Below, piece by piece: positions 20,201 to 30,629 of a DNA stretch of 38,661 nt (the stretch's first letter is position 1; the number at the start of each line of letters is the position of its first letter). Under the pieces are notes generated by a model. It was not told the DNA's origin. It did not search any database and saw only the letters and a list, made by a program, of their open reading frames with translations. Location of the stretch: assembly GCF_002105155.1 (NCBI RefSeq), contig NW_019029080.1:1-38661 (forward strand), in the 5' to 3' direction. A program made the translations under genes and the position numbers. The DNA is from Lobosporangium transversale. Its lineage: Eukaryota.

Positions 20201-21100
20201 TACTTGGGCCAAGAATGTTGTCGTTTCGGGTTCTAATGCTAATGCAGCAAAGTTTATGGCAGAAAGGCAATTTTGACGAGCGGAGGAGGAGGTATGCCCT
20301 CGACATTCCCATAGTATGTGTTTACCATCGTGTTCAAAGTGTAAATCGTTAGTGCGCCAGTTGATTTGGGGATTGACTGCGGTTAGCCAAGGTTTCCCTA
20401 GGATGAGATCATATTTTTTCGAGGGGTAGATAATACTTTGAATCTTTTCACCATAGGAACCACGTTCAAGGGTAACAGATGCGGTTCCTGGGGACATGAC
20501 TGCTGTGCCATTCGGATGAATGATAGGGATAGGGTTCGCGTTGTCTATGATAATGTTATGTTTTCTGCAAAATTTTGAACTCAATACATTTCCTTCTGCT
20601 CCACCATCAATGAGGATTCGCGCAGGGTGTCCGTTGACGGCCCCAATGAAGGTTAGTAGTCGTCTCGCATTGGTGTAGACAGCGGACAGGGATTGGAGGT
20701 GTGTTGCATGACGACGACGACGACGGGGTGGCTTACTAGCAAGGTGTTCGTGGGAAGTAGAGGGGGTAGGTGAATTTTCATTTGTGTCTTGGTTTGAAGA
20801 TGATTTGATTTCAGTGATAGATGACGCGGGATGGGAATCGGGGGAGAGGTGATTTAGGGAATCCGGAGGAATGGAAGTGGTGTGGTGCAAGGTGCTTTTA
20901 GAGGGTAGTGATAAGAGAGAGGATAGAGAAATTATGGGAGAGGAGCGAGAAGGCATAATCATGGATTTAGGAGAACTAGAGTTTTTATTACTGTTGTTAC
21001 TACTTAAATCCATATGACTACGCCCTCTAGAGCCCAGGACTCGAGGGTTGGTGGTGAGAGCGAGGCTGGCCTGGTCTACAGCTCGCTCTCCTCTTTTCCC
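17261..21100 (-). CDS. pol: Pol polyprotein (PR-RT-RNase H-IN-chromodomain), entered by -1 frameshift
   Basis: LIDGGA protease, YLDD, TDAS, HHCC, DDE, GPF, EYEVEKIL..WLVKWKGY..ATWE; frame open from the slippery site at 21100 through the ATG at 21013. Confidence 0.96.
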   Translation of the reverse strand, partial: GKRGERAVDQASLALTTNPRVLGSRGRSHMDLSSNNSNKNSSSPKSMIMPSRSSPIISLSSLLSLPSKSTLHHTTSIPPDSLNHLSPDSHPASSITEIKSSSNQDTNENSPTPSTSHEHLASKPPRRRRRHATHLQSLSAVYTNARRLLTFIGAVNGHPARILIDGGAEGNVLSSKFCRKHNIIIDNANPIPIIHPNGTAVMSPGTASVTLERGSYGEKIQSIIYPSKKYDLILGKPWLTAVNPQINWRTNDLHFEHDGKHILWECRGHTSSSARQNCLSAINFAALALEPETTTFLAQVRTTSPPTNLDSTLPESIQQIVQVEFPDLFPDTLPDGLPQDRGDSMRIETENNTDPPVRPVIRLSIAELDELKTQLTELLRKGFISPSTSPYGAPVLFVKKKDGGLRMCVDYRGLNKITRKNRHPLPRIDELIDRFRTARFFTKLDLLSGYHQMRVHPDDRHKTAFRTRYGHYEFNVVPFGLTNAPAAFSAMMRNVLDPVLDKCTVVYLDDILIYSDNKEQHLQDIRNVLRLLRKAGLFCKLSKCSFMQEETEFLGHVISKDGLKTNGALVKAVREWPTPTTQRHVMQFLGLTNFYHQYIDHYADIALPLTDLLGSTTTFYWSKPHQEAFERLKQAVTMAPVLRIFDPALATSVETDASGFAIGAVLFQTDHKGESRPVAFTSRKLSSAERNYPTHEQELLAVVHALRTWRYYLDGSHFIVYTDHATLQHFPTQPNLTRRQARWMELLQEYDFNFKYKPGKDNIVPDALSRRPDHKAQDPASEQINSIEISLDPGLRQRLIKCYPYDLKLGSLYESCREASPSDRYFVADDLLWINIAGQTRLCIPNDPNIRALLLHDAHDSPIAGHLGFEKTYETMRRTFFWPRMARDTKTYIASCEQCQRNKPLLHHPAGLFKPLDIPLERWEIVTMDFIGPLPKTNRGFNAITVFVDKLSKQVHFCPSHTTDTASDIARLFFNNVFRLHGMPRAIVSDRDSRFTGHFWTTLMKLMGTKLHMSTAFHPQTDGQTERANRTLEEMLRSYVSYKQNDWDLLLPMMEFAYNNSVNPSTGFSPFFLNHGHHPIVPSSLLKPPTTDVPAISTFISTQASALAQAQDAIATAQDIQKRQADKARSPARFTVGDSVLLSTEHITVAAHANRPSKKLEPKFIGPFKIIEKINDNAYKLELPPNMKQHPVFNTDLLRHYHESPENFGERAPARLPPDLVDGEEEYEVEKILDYKLFGRTPKWLVKWKGYPDEEATWERRSSLVNAKEALEEFQKMQQ
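21020..21100 (-). promoter_or_regulatory. -1 programmed ribosomal frameshift signal
   Basis: G GGA AAA heptamer in gag phase; -1 frame is continuous with pol; downstream stem GAGAGCGAG/CTCGCTCTC. Confidence 0.85.
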
Positions 21101-22589
21101 GAGTCGTCGTAGTCGTCTTGTTGTTCCAGGTTGTTCAAGTTCCTAGTCACGCGGCAGTTCTTGGCCATGTGTCCCTTCTTTCTGCAGCGAAAGCAAGCGC
21201 CTGCGCGGCGCAGTTTTGTTCTGTCATTTTCGGTGAGCTTGGAGAGTGGTCTGTTGTTAGTCGAGGGGGGGCGATGGAAGTTCGCTAAGCCTGTGGAGCT
21301 TGTACTCTGTAGTAGGAAGTTATTGAACATCATCTGCATTGCGTCTAGGTCCATCGGGGTCGGTGTGGGTTGGCTTGTTTGGCTTGTCATGATGGGGGGT
21401 CTAGAGGAATGTAAAATGCTGTGGATCATCGTAGCCTGCTTGATGGCCTGGTTGTCAAGGACTGACAAAGGGTTTGCAAGGAAAGGTAAGTGAATGAATA
21501 ACAAGAATGATAATGAGCTGAGAACTAGAATGGATTCACGAATAGTTTTATTGCAGACTGAGGTTTACTATGTTACAAATCTATCATATTTATACTTGTT
21601 TGACTGAAGCGGAGACGCGCTTCAAGAACTCTAAATAAAGCTTACTCAAATATTTCCTAAGGACTTTTACCATATGCGGAACTTCAAGTGTTGAGTTAAC
21701 TTAATACACAGGATCCGAGGAAGATATCTGGTGCAATCTTATTTCAAGGTTCCTTGGCACTATAAGCCTTGGTTATTGGTTTATAGCTCTTCTAGAATCC
21801 TTGGAGCTATTCACGGAGCTAGAAAACTAGGAGACGCGACTTGGCTTGACAGGCAAACTATGCATGGAGGAATGAGTGAAGGAAATGAGCGGAACAAATT
21901 AATCAAGCACACGTGATCTTTTTCAGATTCGAATCAGACAAAAGTCATTCATCAATTCATGAGCTAGACATTGCTTGCTGTTCGTGACACTGGTTGAGAG
22001 TCTGAGGCTGGCGAAGGAGGACTTCCTTGCTTGTGTCTTCTACAAGGCCGTAGGTATAATGGAGGACAAGCCATGATTCCTCCAGTTTGGGTGTGAGGCG
22101 TTGGAGGCGGCGGAATTTGGCAGTGTATTCCGCTACTGAGGATTTACCTTGTTTTAATTGAACCAGTGCTTTCTGGGCTGAAGTAGCCGTGTCAGGGGGT
22201 GTGAAGTTTTCGATGAATTTACTTCGGAAAGTGTCCCATGGTGTATCAATTGTCATTTCCGAGTCTCGCCACCATGCCTTGGCGTCTCCTTTCAGGTTGA
22301 CAACGGTATATCGGACCCAACGGGAGTGGTTAAGCTCCATGATCTCGAAGTACTCTTCTTGGTTCTCCAAGAAGTTGAGGACCGCGACAGCGTCGACATT
22401 TCCCTCGTATGGTTCTGGTTTGGTAGGTTTTATCACAGCAGCCACCGTGCGGACATGGTCATTAAAGGCGGCAGCGCTAGAAGCACTATCCTGTCGGGAT
22501 TCGAGGAAGGTTTGCACAGCGTTCTGCACGGATAGGCTGGTACTGGCATCAAGGTTAAGAGCTTTCAAGGAAGTGGTGAGGTTGTCCAT
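21076..22589 (-). pseudogene. gag: Gag interrupted by solo LTR B
   Basis: LKGDAKAWW, LKQG..SVAEY..KF, PMDLD, CFRCRKKGHMAKNC knuckle; halves rejoin as QPQTLNQAIKQA. Confidence 0.93.
21453..21989 (-). mobile_element. Solo LTR B, U5 variant (537 bp)
   Basis: TSD CTGGT (21448-21452, 21990-21994). Confidence 0.95.
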
Positions 22590-22725
22590 GGCAAAAAAAA
22601 AAAAAAAAAAAATCAAATGCAGGGGTAAATTTTTAAATTTTATCTAGGAAAATATCAGAGGGATCTAGGGAAAAATATCAGAGGGAAATATAAGCGGTTT
22701 CTGGCGGGGTCGGTGGTTCGATGAA

Positions 22726-22737
22726 CCATTGCTACCA
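22726..22737 (-). promoter_or_regulatory. Primer-binding site, probably initiator tRNA-Met
   Basis: TGGTAGCA directly after the 5' LTR; host tRNA sequence not available to confirm. Confidence 0.65.
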
Positions 22738-25283
22738 TGTAAATAGTAACAATCAAAGGTGATCTTAGGTGGAATCGAAGGTCAAAGGATACTTTATTTG
22801 GCTATAACGTAGTGGACTATTTATACTGATAATTAATAGGGTTGGGGCTTGGTGTCTTGGCACTTGGGCTTGGCGTCTTGGCGCCTGGGGTGCGCGTGAT
22901 AGTTGAGCCCTCCTCAAAGGTTTGAGTCAGTATTGTATAACACGTTTGCACCTGACAACGATATGGATATGGAGAGCGTGATGAGCGGCAGCGTGATGAA
23001 TGAGAGCTTAGTGACGAGGAGCGTGGGAAGCTCCAGCGTGGCAAGCAGCACGGCGATCAACCGAAGCTGGGCGTGGTCACTGAAGAACAAGTGGGCCGAG
23101 CGTGTTAAAACTAAGAGTGGCTCTGGTATGCGCTGCTGTTACCCTAGCTGCGGGAAAACCTTTGGTTCATCGAATATGTCAACTTCAGGGGTCATCCAGC
23201 ATCTGTGGCGAGTACATCGCATCACTAAAGATAGCAATGCCAATGATGGCAGTCTCTCCAAGCAAGGCCCGATGGACAAGATGCTTAATTCATTTTCTCA
23301 GCCAAAAGTATTTGACCCTACGAGATTTGACGAATTGCTTGTCCGATTCGTTATCACAACAAAGCAGCCATTTACGATTGTCAAAAGCACTGCTCTCCAG
23401 GAGCTTCTAGTCCATGCTACAATGGCTACAGCATCTCAAGTAAAGCTACCGTCTGATGACACCATGGCAACCAAGGTAAAACTATTATTACTATGATTAT
23501 GATTATTATTATTATTATTACTCTTCAATTATTATTTTTTTTTTACAACAAACATCAACCAAACACTGACAAAAAGATGGATTAAAAATAGGCTAAGCTA
23601 AAATACCAATACATGGAGCATCAAGTCATAAGCTTATTTGAGGATATTAACAAGGTATCACTGACCGTTGATGGCTGGACAAGCCCTTTCCAAGACAACT
23701 TCCTGGGGGTAACAGCTCACTGGATTGATCATGACTGGCGCCAACAAGAGCTGGTCATTGGATTTGAGCCATTGTATGGAGCGCATACAGGTGAGAACTT
23801 AGCGGAATCTCTGGCTAAGGTCATCGATCGATTTAAAATTGGTGACAAGCTTCTAAGTATCACCACCGACAATGCGTCAAATATGTCCAAAATGATCCGA
23901 GAGCTTGAAAAGCATCCCAAGGCAGTAGAATGGTAATTCTCAGTCACTTTCAATAATGCTAGCGCATCTAGTAATGAGTTATCTCTAACGCTTCTTTTAA
24001 AAAAAATAAAAATAAATAAAAATAAAAAACATTAGGTCGCTCAAGGATGGCTTATACCATGTGCCATGTCTTGGACACATCATTAATCTGGCAGTTCAGG
24101 CGATTTTGGGTCCAAGTGGTTTGAATGACTTGGCTCCTGAAAATGACAGTCTCTACGTGAACAACAATGAGTGTGAGGATGCGGTTGGGTTAACGCTTGT
24201 AACGCTGAGTACATTACAGAAACTCAGAAAAGGCATTGTTAAGATCAGGTCAGTATTACTATATAATCTTGACTGCAAATATAAACTTGAATCATGAAAC
24301 CTAACTATAAAATACCTTTTATATCGACTTATACATAGAGCTTCGCCACAAAGAATTGACAAGTTTGGCCAGGTCTGCGCTATCCTGAAATGCCCAAACC
24401 TTGAACTGAAAAGGGATAACTGCACACGTTGGAACTCTACTTTCATCATGGTGGATAGGGCAATAACGTTAAGGCTAGCCTACCAGAGCATGTGCCAGAA
24501 CAAACCGTTTTTATCGGCCTTCTCCCTGAAAGACGAAGAATGGGGATACCTGAAGAAGCTCCATATTTTGCTTAGCCAGTTTAATGATATCACAGCGACG
24601 GTGTCTTCTAGCCTGGGATACCCGACAATCAACAGAGCCATGTCTGCTTACAACAACATGATCGACCACCTAGAAGATTATATTGAAAAAGAAGAGGATC
24701 CTCCACTAAAAAACGCAGCAGGTCAAGGGTTAAAGAAGCTTTTGCGTTATTATTCTAAAACTGATTCCTCAGCGGTCTATGCCGTCGCCACTGCTATGGA
24801 CCCGAGGATGCGGTTTGACTGGTGGGAAGCTAACGAATGGGGTGAATATATTCAAAGCAGCCAAGACATGGTAACGAAGGTCTGGGAAGATGAATATAAG
24901 GGCAAAGAAGGCCCAAGTCAGCTCCCAGCTGAAGAAGAAATGGAGATGAGACGCTATGGTATCAAGAAAAAAAGGTGGAGAGCTTGAATTATACGTTTGA
25001 GAAGGAAGTTCTCTAGTTGCTAGTAAACATGAGCCTCCAGAGTTAGTGTACTGGCGATCACAAAAGGAGCGCTTGCCCAATTTGGCGAATATGGCAAAGG
25101 ACTATCTTGCAGTCCCTGTGACATCAACCCCGGCAGAAAGATGCTTTTCGCAAGCCAAGTTCTTCCTGCCACCTGAAAGAAATAGCCTTAGCCCTACGAC
25201 GATCCAGCGCTTGGTCATCCTGGACTCTTGGATGAATGTTCTCCCATAAATTAGTTGCTATAGTTCTGTATACATTCGTTATA

Positions 25284-26914
25284 CACTATCATGCAAAACT
25301 GATTCAATAATTCATTCCCATGTGCATTTCTTTTTTTCATTCCTAGAAACCGTATATGCATACACCACTCATACTTTGGTTTAATAAAGCTCCCGTCTTC
25401 TTCTACGTCATAGTGATGCGTTGTGACATTAGCTTGTCTCATTTGAATAGCTAATGACTTTTTTGTTCATGCAGGTCATTGAATCAGTTTCACATGTGGT
25501 CTAAAATGTTGCCCATGACAACTTTTGGACGTCATTTAATGCCAGTAAAAAAAGGACTTTTCTCTCTTTCCTTTATGAACACTTGCTTAACTCTCTCTTA
25601 ACTATACCTTCACAGAATATGAGACCCACTCCACAAAGGAAAGTCAACGAAGCCAGGAGGTTAATGATGGGAGGCATGTCTACTAGAGAAACTGCTGCTA
25701 GTGTTGGTATATCAATAGCGACGGCCACCAGGATCTATGCACATAATAAGGAGTACATGCCAGTCAATAAAGGCGGTCGACCAAGGAAAGTACCTAGAGG
25801 TATCATGCAGTATCTTAAGGTGAACATGAAACGAGGTACACTCAAGTCTGCAGTTGAGGCCACCGTCAGAGCCAACCAGCTCATACCAGCGGCTGTTTCT
25901 GAGACCACCGTTAGACGACGGCTCAAGGAGTTAGGATTGACAGCAAAGAGGCGTGTACATAAGCCAGCTTTACGTCGACGGCATATTAAAGCTCGTTTGC
26001 ATTTTATCAATTAGTATAAGGAATTGACTCTGGAAGATTGGAAAAAGGTTATTTGGTCAGATGAATCGAAAATAAACCGAATCTGCTCTGATGGCGTGCA
26101 GTGGATCTGGGACGACACTCCGGGACGCCTCACTCGCAGGTCGGTGCAAGGCACTGTCAAGTTTGGGAGTGGTAACGTTAAAGTGTGGTCATGCTTCTCA
26201 TGGTACGGACCTGGATACATTGCAAAGATTGACAATAATATGGGCGCACAACTTTACATCAAACTACTCCAGGAGGATCTACAGATGTCGCTTGATGACT
26301 GGGGCCTAACTAAAAGCGATATCGTTTTTCAGCACGACAATGACTCGAAGCACACGGCGAAGATTGTTACGAAGTATTTGGAGTCAGTACATCTGACAGA
26401 AGAGGAAGGTACACTTCTAGAGTGGCCAGCACAATCCCCTTACCTCAACCCTATTGAACACATGTGGGCAGAATTGGATAGGCGGCTCTCTAGGTATCCG
26501 GAGCGAGCTAAGAGCTGTGATGAACTATGGGAGCGAATATCGGTTGAATGGTACAGGATCCCAGTGGACTTCTGCCGCAAACTCATCATAGGTATCCATA
26601 AGAGACTGCAAGCTGTCAGTGATGCCCATGGTTGGAATACTATCTATTGATGTAAGGTTATGGCTCACAAAAGAATAAAGATCTTTGGCCACCGAATGGG
26701 CACATGTGAACTGATTCAATGACCTGCATGAACAAAAAAGCCATTAGCTATTCAAATGAGACAAGCTAATGTCACAACGCATCACTATGACGTAGAAGAA
26801 GACGGGAGCTTTATTAAACCAAAGTATGAGTGGTGTATGCATATACGGTTTCTAGGAATGAAAAAAAGAAATGCACATGGGAATGAATTATTGAATCAGT
26901 TTTGCATGATAGTG
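25284..26914 (+). mobile_element. Complete Tc1-like element
   Basis: ~215-bp TIRs (25284-25498, 26701-26914); TA duplication at 25282-25283 and 26915-26916. Confidence 0.95.
25619..26650 (+). pseudogene. Tc1-like transposase, DD39E spacing, one in-frame stop (26012-26014)
   Basis: GGRPRK, TVRRRL, WSDESK, FQHDNDSKH, SPYLNPIEH. Confidence 0.92.
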
Positions 26915-27331
26915 TAAGTGATAAGTCAAAACTTAAATATATTTCCAACATTTGAACGTTAGTCGAATGTACGTGGCGCACAAATTGTGTAAGCCCATTC
27001 TAACCTGTCAAGTTTTTTATTCAAAAAGCCGATATAGTCGTATTAAATAGTGCATGATACATTCGATGCGCTAAAAAATCGGCTTCGATGCATTCGGTAA
27101 ATCGGTTTCGATACATTCGGTAAACGGTTTCGATACATTCGGTAAACGGTTTCGATATAATCATACGACCCATGCTACACATTAGGGGTATCATTCAAAC
27201 ACATTCGATTCATTCGATTCGATACAGGAATGGAGCATTCAATTTCGGTACAAACTTACCCTGAGCCGAAACCGAATCGAATGCATTCAATCCATTCAAT
27301 TTCGGTTGTATCGAATCGATTAGGAGCACTG

Positions 27332-28321
27332 AGTTGAGATACTGAAAATCATTAGGATCACCGAGGACATGGCCTGTATGCTTATAGTAATACGTGATAC
27401 GGAGTTGCTTCTTTCCCTCCTTCATTGCTAATTCGGGATCCCCACTATCGTCTTTCATGTTGTGGACTAGAAGCTTGGCTCTACATCCGACTTTTTGGCT
27501 CTTCTTAAAGACGCGCCTCCTTTTCTTTTGCCTTTGTTCCTGCCCAGGGTCTTGAGGGGAATCTTGAGAGGAGTCTTGAGGGGAGTCTTGATGAGCGGTT
27601 TGAACGCGATTTTGGCCTCGCGAGTCATGGTTAGGGTGGCATTCGTAGGTTTGAAAATAAAAGTATTTGCTTCTGCCATCTGCCTTATTATCTCGATGTA
27701 CACGGCGCATCCAAACAAAATAAAGATCGCGACTATTCCTGTTCAAGCCAAGCGCTGAAGTCCTCCTCGTTCACGTAAAAAATACGGGGCAGATAGTCAT
27801 ACGGTTCTGTACGGGAGTCGTTACAATGTCTTTGATCGTTTTCATCATCGAGAGTCGACTTAATCCATTGGTAATCATGCACCTCCGAGCACAAATCTCA
27901 GTTGCTATTTCATTGGCCTTCGCAATGACACTCTCGTCTAGTTCTGGACTCTCTGAGCCACCCGGCATAAGTGAGCTTTCCCCGGTACCAAAATCCGCAG
28001 AAGGATGGATGCTAATGGCTTCAACAGGAGCTGCAGATGATTCAGGCTCTATTTCTGGGTCGGAATCCGAAGCCCCACTCGAATAGTCATTGTAGTCAAC
28101 GTTCCACGAGTCCCGGTCAGAGTCTGATTCCTCGCTCCCATGCTCACAGTCAGAATCGAATTCTTCTAGATCATCAGCGCGATCTATTTCATCTACATCA
28201 TCAACGACTATCCTCAATAACTTCTGCACTCTACACAGAAAGCAAGGTCAAGGAGAACCGAGAGTGATTAATATATGTGCAAATATATATTATTGATAAG
28301 GTAACATTGCCTCCGCACCAT
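27332..28321 (-). pseudogene. MULE-2 transposase, N-terminal part (frameshifted)
   Basis: ATG 28321-28319, intron 28318-28231, acidic N-terminus, YECH...KVGCRAKL...HTGH. Confidence 0.88.
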
Positions 28322-28495
28322 AATGCTTGTTCGATGAAATGATCTAAATAATACACATGTTGATTTACATTCAGAGTTCATTCAACATTCGACGCGTAAT
28401 GGCAACAGTTGCGAGCTGAATATTATCAACGATTTTTACCTGGAGAGACAGAGGTGTATAAGAAGAATTGATTATCAAGATCGCATTTCTGCGTG

Positions 28496-28530
<35 letters not shown>

Positions 28531-28596
28531 TGACGTATTAGAATCGCCTTTATTATCACCCTTAATGGTACCACATCTAAGGGAATTCGATATTTA

Positions 28597-28665
28597 TTCG
28601 AATTAAGCAAATTAAATTTCAGAGGCGGAAGTTTATTACCTCTTCTCGCAGGTCTAAGGGACTCC
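28597..28665 (+). mobile_element. 3' terminus of a further MULE (host of MULE-2; continues from 12527-12689)
   Basis: Ends TCTAAGGGACTCC, matching the 3' termini of MULE-1 and MULE-2. Confidence 0.5.
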
Positions 28666-28692
28666 AATAAGACTGCGAAATTTTTTGGAGTG

Positions 28693-30555
28693 TCATGCAG
28701 AAAATCGTTTTTCAATGAATGTTATCGATTTTTTGTTGGCCGGTTCAATGTAGCCTGATACAAGAAGCTGTGCAAGCTCTTTTTGATTCCTGTTAAGCTC
28801 TTCATTCCCGATTATGGGAATTGTTTGCTCTCCATTGATTCAGTGTTGATGCTGCTCAAAATTTCTGAAATTTGACTTGGTTTCTTACATAACGCAGAGA
28901 TTCCTGTAGACAGAGTGCTCCAATTTCGCAAATTCCTTCTTCGATAATACACTGACTGCAATCTGGTTGAACAAATGCGCTGCGGCCCGTCTGCTCCTTT
29001 TCTGAGCTGTAGTTACTCACAAGAGTGAAGATGCTGTAGGGCTGCATTAAGTGACTTGGAGTTAATGGGCCCCATGCTCGACAAAGGAGGTATGATTGTA
29101 GCTTGTCAATTTGCTTCGAATTTGACGGATTTGCTCCACTTTATTTTCATGCTCGCTATACCAAACGTCCTTGTCACTTGCAATCTCCATTGCTCTATCG
29201 ATGGATTCCTGTCAAGATAAATCCTTGTGTTGAATGAGTCCTTTCATCTTCAATCAAGAAGAAAGAGTTTTGCCGCCTACGGATGGTTTCTCTTTTCGGT
29301 CAATGCGGATTGATTGATGTGACAAGGGCGTTCATTGTGTGAGTTCCGATTACTAACCTCTCACCATCGTTTGAATGCATTGTTGTTGGATACACGCCCA
29401 CATATCGGTGCTCGTGACTTCCTGGAGTTGATGTTTTAGTGGCGATCCCTTTGGAGACTGGAACGGTTCACACATGAACATCGATATGCTTCTTTCGTCC
29501 ATACACTTCGATGCAATTTATTAAGAGGGCATGGGAATTGCTTGCTGTGGTTTTCACTAGTATGCATCCTGCAAGGATCTTGGCACATGCACATCTCCGT
29601 GCTGTACTCTCTAGAGCCAGTCTTCATTTAGAAATTGGCTTACTTTCTTGTCCAGCTCAAGTACTTCCTCTGTTCAAGAATTGAAGCGTATGTGAACTCT
29701 GAAATACTTTTCAAATCTGGTGCTTGAGAAGGTTGGCATTTGGAACATTGCACATCGGCAGTATATTGTCGGGCAATGCTCTTTCGGTGGTGATAGAAAA
29801 GGGCCCATTGGAAGAAAGTCGCTCCAGTTCTTCACATGTGCAAGAAGAACCTCTTCATCCCCTTGATTGTTTTTTACAACGATGGGAACTGCCTCTAATA
29901 ATTCAACAAAGAGCAATGCTTTTTTTTTTTCAGTTTGCGAGCCATGACTTTGCTCTGATGCTTCCAAAGCTAGCTCCCTGAAGGAACGTTTTTTTTGGTC
30001 GGTTGTTGCTGTAGACGAGTTCTCCCAATGAGAGCTGGATGTAGCAGGCGAAGAAAGTGAAGCCGAACTTAGTGGATTGGTTGAAGGAGTAGTGAGACTC
30101 TTGATTTCTTGTTGGTTCAAGACGATTCTTTCAAGTTGTGCTTGGCTTTGCTCCTCGATGCCCCCATTTGCTGAAACGTTTGGGTAATCATGCAAAGATG
30201 CTGGGTCAGGACCGTTGATGACGCCTTCCTTTGCTGTAGCATTTGGGTGATCATGCAAAGATGTTTGATCAGGAGCGTTATTGATGATTTTCAATGGTAT
30301 TAGTTCACAGTTTTTGGAAATGTGCTCCTTGATTCCTTTCCTCGTTTTAATTGCCTTTTTGCAAAAAGGGCAAGAAATAACCCATTCAAACGGGACACGT
30401 GCAAGCTTTCGTTGATGCCATAAGAATTGGAAAGTGTAATGTTAATACTCCCTTGTGATAGTCGTCATGTGTCTCTTTAGATGTATTCTTTTTTCGAAGA
30501 CCTTTGGGCAAATTGAACAGTTCCAGGAACGTGAGTGGGTTTCGCGTTGATCCAT
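28693..30555 (-). pseudogene. Multiply frameshifted gene (~600 codons) with two N-terminal zinc fingers
   Basis: Frame-hopping gives MDQRETHSRSWNCSICPKVFEKRIHLKRH..DYH, xPFCKKAIKTRKGIKEHISKNC, a duplicated 21-aa unit, then a globular-looking region (LINCIEVYGR...QPYSIFTL...IPIIGNEELN) ending TGA at 28695-28693. Confidence 0.7.
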
Positions 30556-30629
30556 GTTTCATGTAGCGGTTACTCTTTCGAACTAAAACAAAGGAAGAAT
30601 GGGTTAGTGGAAGCAAAGCAGCGGCAAAT

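Larger units (their letters stand above)
16029..22950 (-). mobile_element. Full-length chromovirus A
   Basis: 213-bp LTRs 16029-16241 and 22738-22950 (one mismatch seen), TSD CCTGA, PPT GACGGGAAGGA, PBS, gag and pol. Confidence 0.97.
15821..25249 (+). pseudogene. hAT transposase; predicted exons 15821-15864, 15979-16028 joined to 22956-23475, 23592-23932, 24036-24248, 24339-25249
   Basis: BED finger CYPSC...HLWRVH, VDGWTS, TTDNASN, CLGH, TRWNS, dimerisation motif TSTPAERCFS. GT-AG introns keep the frame. Disrupted by the gypsy insertion, a frameshift near 24970 and a TGA near 24998; exon 1 is uncertain. Confidence 0.88.
15288..27331 (+). mobile_element. hAT DNA transposon carrying nested elements
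   Basis: TIR CAGTGCTCCTAATCG / CGATTAGGAGCACTG; 8-bp TSD AGTTGAGA (15280-15287, 27332-27339); subterminal CGAAT/ATTCG repeats. Confidence 0.95.
12690..28589 (-). mobile_element. MULE-2, split by the hAT insertion
   Basis: Termini CGAGTCCCCTTAGAT (12690) and, on the reverse strand, CGAATTCCCTTAGAT (28589), flanked by ATATTTA on both sides; transposase halves rejoin as DFQYLNLTES. Confidence 0.8.
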
